A stretch of DNA of 64,000 nucleotides, from contig OX597832.1 of the NCBI GenBank assembly GCA_951406725.2, forward strand, positions 15,500,001 to 15,564,000, written 5' to 3'. This stretch comes from Octopus vulgaris. Its lineage: Eukaryota. Position 1 is the stretch's first letter, and each line of letters starts with the position of its first letter. A program made the translations under genes and the position numbers. The notes under the pieces were generated by a model. The model was given only the letters and a program-made list of their open reading frames with translations. It did not search any database and was not told the DNA's origin. Shown here one piece after another: positions 1 through 14,268 of this stretch.

Positions 1-399
1 AAATGGTGGAATTCTATTCGCCCGCTGGTCTGAGTTCACCTTATTAATTAAAAACTGTCTTCGAAAATAGAATCCATCAAACTGGTAGTTGATGCACCTT
101 CGCTCCAAGCATTGACTCGTATTAGATTAGTAAACAGATGAAAACAATGTTTTCGAAACAAGAGCCTTAGGAGCTCCATACTCCTCCATTGACAATCACA
201 CAATCAAATCAAAGACAGATTTTACTTTCAGGAAGGGAAGAATGAAGTAAGCGAAAAGTAAGTTACATATTCCGCAGCTCAGAGATCCCAGGAGTGGCTG
301 GATAAGTTTTCAGGAAGATGGGAGGACATAGGGGGAAAGCCCCTCCAACTGCAGGTCCTGATATAGAAAGGGTCATTAAAAAGGCAGGGCAGTTAAATT

Positions 400-1560
400 A
401 CAGTACAAATTGAAAGAGGGGAAAACTATTGAAAGCTAGAATGATGCTGCAAGATTGTATTAGGAAAGTGAAATCAGAGTGGTGGGAGCTACACCATAAC
501 AATGATATGAATGTATTTTACTCAGATCATCGAAAGGTATACGGGCCACAGAGATTAGGCACAGTAAACATTATAGCTATTAACAGCAAGACAGTATCCC
601 AGGAAAAATTGCAGATATATATTTCAGTCACTTTGACAGCCTACTTACTACTCCAGGTGTTTTCAACTCTATCACCCCGAAGAAGGGGAACTAACAGCCA
701 AACATCTAATCATCAAATAGCAAAGCTATTCTTAAGAAATACAAGAAATGATAAAAGATAAAGCACCAGACAGATACGGAATATCCGCTGAAATCTAGAA
801 GCATAGGGGTGTTAGGTTTCTCGAATGTCTGTATTACTTTGGCTGACGGAAACGGTTCTACAAGATTGGTAAGATGCAAAAATCGTCCAGATATTCAAAA
901 CGGTATTGTAGAATGAATTGTGGAAACTACGGAAGAATATCTCTGCTATCAATTGTTTGGAAGATGTTGGCTCGAATACTATTAAACACATCAAATAACT
1001 ATATTTGTTGAAATATGTTGCCTGAGACTGAATTTGTTTTCCGTTGCGGTAGGAGCAATGTGCACATTATATTCTGCCTACGCCAAATTCAGAGAAAAGG
1101 CATTCAGCACAACATGGCCATGTATGAAGTTTACAGACTTAACATTGGAATTCAGTACAGTATGCCGTAATAAACATTGAGTTGTTCTTAAGGAATATGG
1201 ATGTCGTCAGCGATTCATCAACTTTGTCAGGTCGTTGCAAAAATACAGGCATTTGCATTACAATATAGCAATAACTAAAGCGCGTCTGTGGAGAGTTGCT
1301 CCAACACTAAACCCTCAGCATATCGCAGCAGTGCTGGAAGATACCTTTCAGGGAGCCGGAGGGGTGATTTACGTCTAGACACAACATGTTGATAGTGATC
1401 AGTTCAATGTTGCAAATATATAAAGCCAAGACGTAAACTACGAAGTCTCTAGTAGTTTGTTCATACTGATCGGTGACGATTCAGCATTGATGATATGCAT
1501 AACCTCACAAAAAATCGTTGACAAAGCTGCACAACATTTCAGAGACGAAAGAAGAAGTAG
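400..1560 (+). mobile_element. Degenerate RTE-clade LINE ORF (reverse transcriptase) remnant
   Basis: Broken frames give WW...FYSDHRKVYGP (ORF 429-761), KAPDRYGISAEI*KHRG (760-810), LQDW*DAKIVQIFK, CGNYGRISLLSIVWKMLARILLN and LPETEFVFRCGRS..IIFCLRQIQ. These match the RTE motifs KAPGPDGIPAE, PQDWKDA, NYRGISLLS and LPESQCGFR. Many stops and frameshifts. Confidence 0.75.
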
Positions 1561-2338
1561 ACTGCTATTCAAAGATACTGCAACAAAGGGATATGAAGGG
1601 GAAAGAAATTCATCCTAATAAATGAAAAATCCATGCAAAACCGACCAGTACAAAGAAACTTATCAAGTCAAACCGGAGCCATGGGGTATCATAATCACAC
1701 TGACTGACTGCATAAAATTTGTTCATCTAGTTTAGTTTCCAGGTATCATAAATCGAAGTTAATCATTGATTTTCTAATTTCGACCTCAGAAATTTATCTG
1801 GATGAGGGTGATTCTCTAACAATTAATTAGTAGGAGAGGTACGGTTATCTTTAAGTAAGTGTACATAAGTTATATCATTTTATATCATCAGCTTGCGGTT
1901 CGATATTTTGATTAGATATCTGAAAAACGATTATCTCGAAAGAAAAATAATTTGTAGAGAACAAATGCTATCCGACTGAATAGGTATATAAATCGTTAAA
2001 GAAATATACAAACGTACAATTAATATATGAATCATGCAGTAATGACTCATTGATTAATATATGTTCTTGATATTTTTACCGGAGAAAAATGTCGTGTTGA
2101 TTTGTGAAACTATGTGTATATGGAAATGTTAATCAGAAGTAGCCACGGAAAAGGTCATTGGAGAAAAACGTGTCAAAACTTTTACATTAAAACAATAACA
2201 TGAGAAAATAATCATATAAGCTTATACAAATATACGAACAGAAAAAAGATACAGTTCTATATTTAAGAGATGAGGAATTATGTACATTGTTTATATTATT
2301 TACATTTGACGAATATTTGTCCTCATCTTGTTTGTTAA

Positions 2339-2380
2339 CTCAATGTTTCGGCTGATATACCGTACATGCCTCATCAGGTT
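2339..2380 (-). ncRNA. Degenerate hammerhead motif (inverted copy)
   Basis: Minus strand reads AAC-CTGATGA-GGCaTG-tacggtatat-CAGCC-GAAA-CA-TT-GAG. Confidence 0.5.
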
Positions 2381-2500
2381 TCTTGGGGAAATTTTGAACC
2401 TGGGTTCTCATTCATGAGGTATTTTTCGATCAGGTCACTGTTTGGAATCGAACTCGAAATCTTGGGAATAGTATATCGCGCTCTTAACCACTACGTCATA

Positions 2501-2522
2501 CCCTAACCCTAACCCTGAACCT
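2501..2522 (-). repeat. Short interstitial telomere-like (TTAGGG) repeat
   Basis: CCCTAA CCCTAA CCCTGA ACCT lies at the centre of the inverted element. Confidence 0.55.
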
Positions 2523-2764
2523 ATGCCATATGCTCACAGGCATATGGCGTACTGGTTAACGGTGCGGGCTACGAACCCCATGCTCCGGAGTTCGATTCGA
2601 AGCATTGTCCTGAACAACAACAACAACAATAATAATAATATCAACAACAACAACAACAACAACAACAATAATAATAATAATAATGATAATAATAATATTA
2701 ACAACAACAACAACTTTAAAAAATACCTTAATAATGGGAGCCCAGGTTCGAAATTTCCTCAAGA

Positions 2765-2806
2765 CACCTGATGAAAGCTGGAGAGTATATCAGCTGAAAA
2801 GTTGTG
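2765..2806 (+). ncRNA. Minimal type-I hammerhead ribozyme motif
   Basis: CAC-CTGATGA-A-AGCTG-gagagtatat-CAGCT-GAAA-ag-TT-GTG: stem I CAC/GTG, canonical core, 5-bp stem II. The helix III dinucleotide is probably mutated from CG. Confidence 0.65.
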
Positions 2807-3028
2807 ACAACATAAGACGAGAACAAATATTCGTCAAATGTAAATAATGCAAATAATGTAGAAAAATACTTAGCACAAATTCTCCACTATGTATATCTAG
2901 GTTCTATACCAAAATATATATATGCATAGCATAGGTTCACTATGGCTCATTCGGCTTTCTGCTTCCCATACTGAAAGGTGAATACGCTTGTACGTACACA
3001 GACACCTGAACGTGTTTATACAATGTTA

Positions 3029-3077
<49 letters not shown>

Positions 3078-4291
3078 ATCTATCTATCTATATATCTATT
3101 TCTCAATATATGTGCGCCTATGCGTGTGTATCTATGTATATAGATAGATATGTATATACAAATACGCTTGTATCCCATATATACAAGTGCATATATGTAT
3201 GTCTATCTCTGTGAATGTTTGCGTGTGGCTCTGTGAGCATGTGTCTGTGTGTTTGTTGTTCACCGCTTATGGATTCTCTTTCTGTATCACTGTGTGTGTA
3301 TATATGTGTATGAAGTGTTCAGCTTGTATTGGAATTGTAGTTAATGAAATGAACAAACACATATATTCTGCTTTTATTTCGTAACTATATCACAAACGTA
3401 ATTAATAACAAAACGGTTACAGTGTGGAGAATAGACATGATGGAATTGTATCGGAAATATATGACACTAACCAAATGAGAGTGGTGAAAGTATCCGAAAA
3501 AAGCCAAAAAAAATAAGATTTAAAAAAAAAAGATTTCAAAGAGTTAATCTTCTAAAACAAAAGAGGCATCGGTTTTTGTTTGATTATAACTACACTTTTT
3601 TCCTTGTTTATTAGCAATGAAAAAATAAAGAAAGAAAAAAATAAATCGATTTTCCTAACTATTTTCATGGAGTTAAACAACAAAAACTGACGTATAAGAA
3701 ACAATGGGGCGTATAAAGCGGTAAGTATTTCCATTGTGCTTCCATCGCATGTTTGAACAAATTTGCAACTTAAATCAAATTTATTGGCAATATTGCAGTT
3801 TTATACATGACAACAGAATTTTGTCGACGTTCATAGGAATCTACGGCGCCAAATATTCATTTACAATTACCAGAATGTCGTCGTAGAACTAATTCAAAAT
3901 GCAGGCATTTAATCAGCTCCTCATTACCAACTGTACTTTCACTGTCGCCATATTTAGAACGCCTTGCTGATCAAATTTAGCTAATGATGCATTCCTTCGA
4001 CATTCATTCTAATTGTCTATGGTTCGTTCCTTTGAAGGATGTAACCTTACTTTATTGCAATTTTGGAAAGAAATATATATTTAAAAAAAAAAATGATTGT
4101 CTAATGACAGTTGTATAACGTTGTCCCAGCATAGTCAGAACGTATGTGACTCTCCTCAGTAAATGGTATATGTGCTCGTATGTGTATGCAAGTATTAGAA
4201 CAGCAGTGATGTGTTTGCACTTGTGTATGCACCTTCTAAGTTTTCCATGGACGCATGAATGTTTTGTAAAACTGTATAGAACTATGCATGT

Positions 4292-4293
<2 letters not shown>

Positions 4294-4369
<76 letters not shown>

Positions 4370-4440
4370 ATATATATGCATATTTATGTATATATGTATA
4401 TACATATATATGCATATATATACATATGAATATATATATA

Positions 4441-4502
<62 letters not shown>

Positions 4503-4660
4503 GTAAATGGATACATATGAATATTTATATGTATATATATACATATATATACATATATACATATGTAAATTGATACATATGAATATATATATATACACAT
4601 ATATCTATGTATTTATGTATGTATAGATAGATGGATAGATAGATAGATTGATAGATATAT
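4294..4660. repeat. (TA)n and compound microsatellite; one of many similar tracts in the window
   Basis: Long pure TA runs. These produce the spurious IYIYIY ORFs. Confidence 0.95.
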
Positions 4661-5443
4661 AGATATACATGTGTTTCCATATATTTTCTCAGGCACTTAA
4701 ACTAATATACATACACGCATATCCAAACGCACACATACACAGACCCATATACAATCAACTATGATGTCCATTTCTTCAATTCACTCTTATGAGCATATTC
4801 CTTCATTGACAAATATTAGTATGCCTGTATCATTTACCAATTGTCAATCGTGATTACAAATGCATAGAATTTACTACTAATAATATAGCACTATCTGCAT
4901 TTGGAATAATCAAACATTTCGTTTTCATTTAATTATTTCGTATAATTTGAACTGATCCAGCATTAATTGCGTCTTAACTTTTTCTTATTGTTCCTCCCAC
5001 TTGTCTATTTCAAATTCTACGTGTATAAATCATTCAGGTTAAATCAACAATATTGATTGATTCTACGCATGTCCCGTGGGCAATGTCGTACTAGTAATTT
5101 TGTAATTAAGGTAAACTGATTAGAAACAGACTGGGAATATTCACATATGTCTATGTATAATGTGTCTAAATTATAATGAAAATAAAACGATGAACCCTTA
5201 AATTTAACATCTTATTAGTAACACAGCTCGATCAGTGATTATCTAGAAAGATAATATGTTTTTGCATATAATGACTCAAAATATGTCAACAAAGTATGTT
5301 TCAATTTACTCTTGGATACGTTTCTTGAATTTTAAGGGAAAAGAAAACAATTAAGGTCAGCGATGTTTCCTATGGATATATTTGTCACTTAGCAGGGACA
5401 GAGTAAGAAGAAGTGAAGCTTAACACCGTTTGGAGCTCAGTAC

Positions 5444-5499
<56 letters not shown>

Positions 5500-5501
<2 letters not shown>

Positions 5502-5800
5502 TTTATTTATGGGTCGTTTACAAGCATAGCCAGGTTCATAGGTAAGGCTTCCCGGTTTCTGTGCCGTATGCGTTCCCCCCAGCTGGACGGGACGCCAGTC
5601 CATCGCAGCGTTACTCAAGAAACAGGAAGAAAGAGTGAAAGAAAATTGGGTGAAAGAGTAGAAACTGAGTCACCGCCACCCCTGCCGGAACCTCGTGGAG
5701 TTTTAGGTGTTTTCTCACAATAAACACACGCAACGCACGGTAAATGAATCGAAACCACGATCCTTTGACTGCGAGTCCGATGCCTTAACCATTGCGCCTC
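5500..5800 (-). mobile_element. tRNA-derived SINE, family A (tail type 1)
   Basis: Minus-strand head GGCGCAATGGTTAAGGCATCGGACTCGC...GGTTTCGATTC. The body is shared with 40795-41092 and the tail GCGATGGACTGGCGTCCCGTCCAGCTGGGG is shared with about 38138-38200. Confidence 0.85.
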
Positions 5801-5835
5801 TACACACACAGTACACACACACAAACACACATACA

Positions 5836-6980
<1,145 letters not shown>

Positions 6981-6981
6981 C

Positions 6982-7039
<58 letters not shown>

Positions 7040-7108
7040 TAATAATGATAATAATAATAATAATAATAACAATAATAATAATAATAAAAATAATAATAGT
7101 AATAATAA
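6982..7108. repeat. (TAA)n microsatellite
   Basis: Read directly from the sequence. Confidence 0.95.
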
Positions 7109-7109
7109 T

Positions 7110-7755
7110 TTGCAAAAACATGGATTTGCCCCATGAAAAAAAACTGGTGGGAACACAATCCACCTCCTGTGCTTGAAAATGACCACATCTCACTCCTCTG
7201 GATCTTCACCATTCAAACTGACAGGAAGATAGATGCAAATAGGCCAGACATTATATTGAAAGACTTCAGACAAAGAACATGCCTCCTCATTGATATGACT
7301 GTCCCAATCGATATAAACGTATCTGTCAAGACCTACCAAAAACTGAGCAAATATAAAGATCTTGAAATAGAAATCAGCAAAATGTGGAAGCTGAAGACTA
7401 AAACAATACCTGTTGTCATAGGTGCCCTGGGAATGATATCGAAAGGGACTGATTGCTACCTAACTCAGATACCAGGAAACCCCAAAATGGCAGAAATTCA
7501 AAAGATAGTGCTCATGGGAACTGCTCATATCCTACGCAAAATACTCTCTATGTAATCCCAAGGTTTAAAACAAACTTTTTAATTATTTACTTTTTTTTAT
7601 GTATTAGACATTCACTAGTACAACACCATAATAATAATAAAAAAAAAAACCCAAAGATATGGCACAGAACTTCCAACCTGTTGTCTCTTGAGGTCTCTGG
7701 GTGAGACCTTGGAGCCAACTTGTACAGACATAAAGCAAAAGTCAAACATAGAATA
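7110..7755 (+). mobile_element. 5'-truncated R4/Dong-like non-LTR retrotransposon: restriction-like endonuclease domain plus 3' UTR
   Basis: Open ORF 7133-7555, WWEH.P..VLEN...LLWIF.IQTDRKIDANRPDIILKD...CLLIDMTVP......K..QKLSKYKDL...IPVVIGALG, is a PD-(D/E)xK RLE. It is flanked on both sides by (TAA)n. Confidence 0.9.
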
Positions 7756-7895
<140 letters not shown>

Positions 7896-8339
7896 ACCGG
7901 CACTACTACTACAGGGAATATCTGCACACATTTATCATAATAGATTGATATTTACACGATATTTTGCATAGATGCAGAATATATTTTGTTTGCTGAATAA
8001 TAGTAAGTCTTTCGCCAGCATCTCAAAGCACATTCTACCGTGTAAAATCAATTACGTGTCAACATGGGCAACTGCCTTTCTTTATATTTACGTAACAACA
8101 GACACTTGTGTGTGTATTTGTCTTTCGGAAGCTACAAGTAGGATTTGTTATATACAGGTATATATGTATATAGGAAAGTATATATCTTTGTGCATGTGTG
8201 CGTCTGTGAGTGTATTTGACAAGCATGCATAACTAAGTCGCATAGTACATACACAAAAATATATATTCATACATACATACATACATACACACACATACAC
8301 GCGAACACACGCATACACTTATATGTATGGCTATCTGTG

Positions 8340-8376
<37 letters not shown>

Positions 8377-8407
8377 TACACGCGCACACACACACACACA
8401 CACACAT

Positions 8408-8436
<29 letters not shown>

Positions 8437-8439
<3 letters not shown>

Positions 8440-9170
8440 CTGTAAATGTAGTATGTGACCGTTATTCGTCGATAGCCATGGTAAAACTCCGAGTTTCGGA
8501 TGCCGAGATGGAAATCCTCGCCGCTATCTCTTCACTTATCCGGCAATCGGAAAAAATGATTTGAAAGATGTCGCTTATTTAAAGGGAAATTACTGTGTGG
8601 TGGACCGTTATTAAGACAAAATAGGTATTCGAGTGACAGCTAAGTAAGGGGAGGGAGTAAAATATGGGGTGAAAAGTTCATAGTATTAGCAAAAGCGCGC
8701 CTGTTCATACCTACACATGTGCGTGCGCACACCCACGTGCGTACGCATTAAAGTCTAAGGTCATCCACCCTCACTTGAAAACGTATACACCGTCACTCTC
8801 TTTCGGCAAATGCATATGTATATACATACAAATCCACAGACACGCACGCGCACCATAAAAGGTTCATACGCACCTCTATATACGCACAAGCACAAGAAAA
8901 AGCAGGGTTAAGGGTAACTATACAGAAAAAGGCTCAAGGGAGTATACAAAGAGTAGACCACGTCTATATATGCACATCCCTTTATGCACGAACAGATACA
9001 CGCCTATATATGCACACACCCCCACACGTCTATATATGCACACACACACATCCGAAACTCGGAGTTTTATCATGGCTAAAAATTAATTGCCACATATTAC
9101 ATTTACAGATAAATTCTTCTATTTACATAATATCGAGGCCTGTTTCTTTCTTTTGTTTTCTTACCATTTT

Positions 9171-9176
<6 letters not shown>
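8437..9176. mobile_element. Inverted-arm short element with hammerhead-like motif (PLE-derived, inferred)
   Basis: 8437-8503 is the inverse of 9048-9110 (CATCCGAAACTCGGAGTTTTA..ATGGCTA...ACATTTACAGATA). A unique tail runs to 9176 and the flanks are TA. Minus 8482-8538 reads TAA-GTGAAGA-GAT...ATC-C-GAAA-CTCgGAG-TT-TTA. Confidence 0.65.
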
Positions 9177-9236
<60 letters not shown>

Positions 9237-9748
9237 CGTTGTACGTAATCTCTCACTGATGGGATCACTATACACACTTACGTACAAACATACATGGAGA
9301 TATATACGTAATTGACTCACGTGTTTGTTGTGTATTTTATATACTTATCCATGACCAGGTGTGTGAATATGTCAATGTATAAATGGAGATTCATATCAGC
9401 ATTATAAGTATAACCAACATCAATATTTACGATGTAAATAATGCTCTTCATTCACAACACCTACGTCAGAGCAAGTACACAGAAATCAATATCTTGACAC
9501 ATGTAGAAATAATAATTTCAATCTAAATTCAGTCCAATGCGTATGTGCGAGTCGATTACTTCTACCTTTGCTGAGTAGCGTACCGTGATATCTATGCAGT
9601 TTACAAAGTGTACGTTTAGTGCAAGTCATTATTCATATATAATTAATAATGTTAACCATTACAATTTTGTTAGGAATCATAATACTTCACTCTCTTCTTT
9701 TCTTCTGTAATGATATTTCTCTTTCGATATGTGGCAAGATAGATCGAT

Positions 9749-9780
<32 letters not shown>

Positions 9781-9860
9781 GAGAGAGATATTGCGAGAGA
9801 GTGCGCGTGTGTGCGTATCTGTATATTTGGAATATGCATACATGCTCACGCAGGAGCATA

Positions 9861-9945
<85 letters not shown>

Positions 9946-11242
9946 GTGTGTGGGTGTGTATAGATAGATAGATAGATATAGATATATAGATATAGACACA
10001 TACACACAAATGAATATATGTGTCTGTGTGTTAGCGCGTATGCATATATAAATACACACTCACACAACCATTCGCACTTATGAATAAATAGATATACGCA
10101 TGCATACTTATATGTTTGTGTGCATGTCAGTTTCTACATATGTAGATACAAATATTTGCGTGTGTCTATATATGAATATATATGCACATGATAATGGAAT
10201 CGTATATTTAGCTTGTTATCAAATAATGTTTTTGATATTTAAGTGCACATTTTTACTATTGTTGTGCATGTTGTGGCTTTGTTGGAGTGCGCTTGAATAA
10301 ATTAAAGACATGTGTAATGTCATTATTAACAGCATATCTGATGTAGTTTGATAATGTATTTTAATAAATTGATATACAATATTTAGTATATTCTGTTTCC
10401 AAATGTCTCCTCATCCATCTATTTCATTAATATTATATGCACCCAATTTTCAAAAATTATGTCTTTCCTGAGATTTTCTAACGTATGTAATGAACTGAAA
10501 TTTGATTTCTTAAGTATGGGTTTCATAATTTCATATCTTTTAACAATGTATGTCTTCAGAAATTGTGTACGCATGCTTTTATGAATACTACCTTTCTATA
10601 AAATATACGTGTAGGACCGTACGTGTGAAATAGAAACAGAATATTACACACACTTGTTATTCTATTTTTTAAATTTTATTTGAACGAAAGTCTATGTGCA
10701 CCGCATTGATAGAATAGATCATTAAAAACTAATAGCGAATTTTGTCTTCCATTACTTTTTTGATTGCACACAACTCTACCTATCTAAATAAAAAAAACCA
10801 TGTTGTATAGGTTTTGTTCGAAGTACATTTTTTATAAAGGTGCCCACATATATGTAGAAATATATATACATAAATATAAATGGATAACAACTAATGGATT
10901 ATGTGTCAATTCACAACTGTTTCCAGAATTTTTTATATTAATTAATGGTACAACGCATCATTAAAAATATAACGTTTATGTCCATTTAAATACATATAGC
11001 AGAGCGTTAAAAAAACATCGAAAAATCAGCGGCATATGCAGCTTCATGAATCTACAATTGTTACCGTATAACTGTCTGGTTCACTTGAATCAAAATCTTT
11101 TATATATAAATATATAAGTAAAATACACAGCTAAATATATATGACTGTGAGTGTGTGCATATTCGAATAGCGATCGTAACAGGTGGCCAGCATGGGAATA
11201 AAATACCTTTGAAAGTAATAATTATTAATAAAACTATAATTT

Positions 11243-11398
11243 AGGGTATCTGAGAGATACGGCCACGCAGGAAATAGCAGTCAAAGCTTGACTCTAAAAC
11301 CACATTAAATGTTCAAATAGCTGTATGAACATTGAATGTGGATTTAGACACAAGCTTCGGCTGCTATTTCCTGCGTGGTCGTATCACTTGGATACCCT
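11243..11398. repeat. About 155-bp near-perfect foldback palindrome (MITE-like)
   Basis: AGGGTATC..GATACGGCCACGCAGGAAATAGCAG...ATGTTCA pairs with TGAACAT...CTGCTATTTCCTGCGTGGTCGTATC..GATACCCT, with essentially no loop. Confidence 0.85.
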
Positions 11399-11401
11399 CA
11401 G

Positions 11402-11510
<109 letters not shown>

Positions 11511-12004
11511 TATAACAAGGACAAATTGCAATATGTGTGGAGAAATGAGAATAGAGATATATGTTGCGGACTTTTGTCCTGGCAGACTGGCAATTAACAT
11601 GGTTGTTGTCGTTAAATCATTGGGGAAGGTGCACATTAGCAGAGGTCACATTAGTTATACAGTATTATGAACCTGAAAGAGAATATCAGCTGGTGCATGC
11701 GTAAAATTATTTTAAAAGGCATTGCAACTACCAGTCTCTTTGATACACCTATGTAAGACGGAAACAACGAAAGTACCCAGCCTGTCGAATGACATATGCG
11801 TGTGTATGTCTGTGTGTGTATGTGTGTACGTGCCTGTGTGTGTGTGTATGTGTGCCTATATAGTATCTTTCGTGGACAACTTATTATATATTTATATCTG
11901 ATGTTATATAGATATTTGTTCGACGATAAGTGTTCCATCCTCTTTGTGAAATTCACAGGCAAGAGACTTAGTATTTCGGAGTCACTGGTCCTATTAAAAT
12001 ATTT

Positions 12005-12175
12005 CTGAGAATGTGACAAAGCCGCTCTGTTGAATTACTGGTGCAATTCATTTTTGCCAGGTGAGCGGACTGGAATAACGTGAACAAATAAATATATAAA
12101 TAAATAAATAAATTCGATTTCAGGATCTTACGATAACGAACCGATTACGCTAACCACTGAACCACGCGCTTCACT
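12005..12175 (-). mobile_element. Degenerate tRNA-derived SINE
   Basis: Minus strand GCGCGTGGTTCAGTGGTTAGCG...GAAATCGAA retains A/B-box remnants. Confidence 0.5.
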
Positions 12176-14268
12176 AATATTTCGAGCTACAGAGAATTAC
12201 ATAATTCAGTCTACGTCTAGTAAATTAGTGTGTTCACTACATATAGTTGCTTTATTAACACTGATGGCATACCAAGCAAATGTAGGATAAAATGAGGTAG
12301 ACTCAAAAAGCTGTTTTAAAATGAATGATGTCTCGCGGGGGAAAGATGTTTGATAATCAGCGTCAAGTTGGCACCCAGAGCAGAAGATGAAATTAACGAA
12401 GAAGTAGTATTGTACAAAAATGAATAAAAGATGTAAAATTTTGTGTTGTAGAAAAGATGTAAAATCTTGTGTTAGTCATATATTTTCTTCTACATATGTT
12501 CATAGACACATATATACATAGACACATATATACATAGAGACTATATACATAGTCATATATATATACATAGACACAAACAATTGCACGAATGTGTAACATG
12601 AGTGTCATTTCAGCATATTTCATGTTCAATATCATTCAAACACGTATATACCTCTGATGTATATTTGCAATACATATGATGTTTTTCGTTTAAAAATCTA
12701 ATCTGTGTTGCGTAGCATGCCCCCGACACATTTATAGCAATTTCTCATTTAAATGATTTTAAAGATGAACACATAATGTGTTGTTTGTATTATTCATTCA
12801 GATCTTATATTCAATACTTTTCATTTGCAGGCGCAACATTCTATGTGTACAGTGTTCCAATGCTCCTCTTCATTACTGTCAAAGGAAGCAGATCGATACT
12901 CGGAGTTTCCTCTGCATCCTCTATGCATTGCAAAACTTTAACTCCTGAATATCAATCTCACTAAATATACCATTGTGTTTCGGTCTTATCTTTGATATGA
13001 TATTAATTACCCAATGCGATGTTGATGGCAACTATCTCGGCGTTTCTCCTATTTTACCTTTGGCGAAATACTTGCTCAGAATGGCATAGCCGTTTTCCTT
13101 ATGCGATCCAGCTTCATCAGTCACACTGGAATAGTATGGCGTCGGAGAATTAGCAGCAAATGTAGAAAGAGTGGACATATTTAAAGCAATAAGATATTAC
13201 TTAGTATCTGCCATTCAACTTGAAGTAATATTAAATAAATACTGAGCTCTGGTTATTCTCTCTGGTGAAAATGTATACTGCGCTTTTAATTTAACTTCTA
13301 AGAAATTGCTCAGAATCATATTTAATCACGATGCGAATTCTTCGTAATTGTGCCGAATATTACGTTATAAATCTTGCGAATGGGGGACGTACAAAAATCC
13401 CCAATCGCATAAAGATGACATTGTATCCATTGGCTGCACGCCACTCAGGGATATTTGGTGAAATCCATGTACTTGGATGTGTCGTTTAGTTTTAGTCGTA
13501 ATATAAGCAGACCGTGCCTAATAGTAAGGAATTACACTCCTTCAACTTTTAGTCCTGTTCTCACTCTCAACTAGCAAGTATTTGACTTCATTTCTTCTTA
13601 CACTTAAATTTATTCTTACAATTAAATTTATTAAACGAAAAGTAATGGATAGGAACTATTTGGAAACGGGCGTGTTGTACGGCGCAATCAATTCAATTAG
13701 TAGGTTTATCCCTGTTAGTTCTATCATCATCGTTTCAGCATGTATACAGCTTTAACTGCAAAAGTGTTTGTGAAATATTCAACCAGTTAGAGTGTAAGAG
13801 TGTAACACATACACACATATATATATTTCCATCAATTCACCAGCTGTAATAGTCACCGTCGCCACAAACATGGCTCTTCGTAATTCTGTGTATTGTGAAA
13901 ATGATAAAAACAGAACAATGAATATCTGTACTAATCTGAATAAATCTCCGAGCCATCTGTAGGTGGTCGCTAACCCTATGAGAAATACAGCGAACGAATA
14001 CCTCCATCACCTTATTTAGAAATAGCTTTGAACATTGTGTAAATGATTTCTCAATATTGTACGGCTCCGTAGAAAAACGGAAATGTTTTTATCAGAAGCT
14101 TGATGTATCCAGACTAACTTGCGGCTAAATAACAGCTTCCATAACGGGTAAGATTTTGGGTGAGGTTCAATAAAGAATGTTTATATTTAAATTTCATTAA
14201 TATTTATTTTATCACATATATATAATAATTTTTTTAAATATCTCAGAGAGATATACGCAGTTGTGGAA

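Larger units (their letters stand above)
2262..2860. mobile_element. Head-to-head inverted pair of tRNA-headed, hammerhead-tailed short elements
   Basis: About 2280-2500 is an imperfect reverse complement of about 2541-2860, apart from an AAC/AAT tract at 2614-2713 in the right arm. Each arm has an A-box (TGGCGTACTGG or TGACGTAGTGG), a B-box (GTTCGATTC) and a CTGATGA...GAAA motif. Confidence 0.75.

Noticed and set aside
2541-2612. Possible tRNA gene
   Set aside because: A and B boxes are present but there is no convincing acceptor stem, and it is part of a repeated inverted element. Treated as a SINE-like head.
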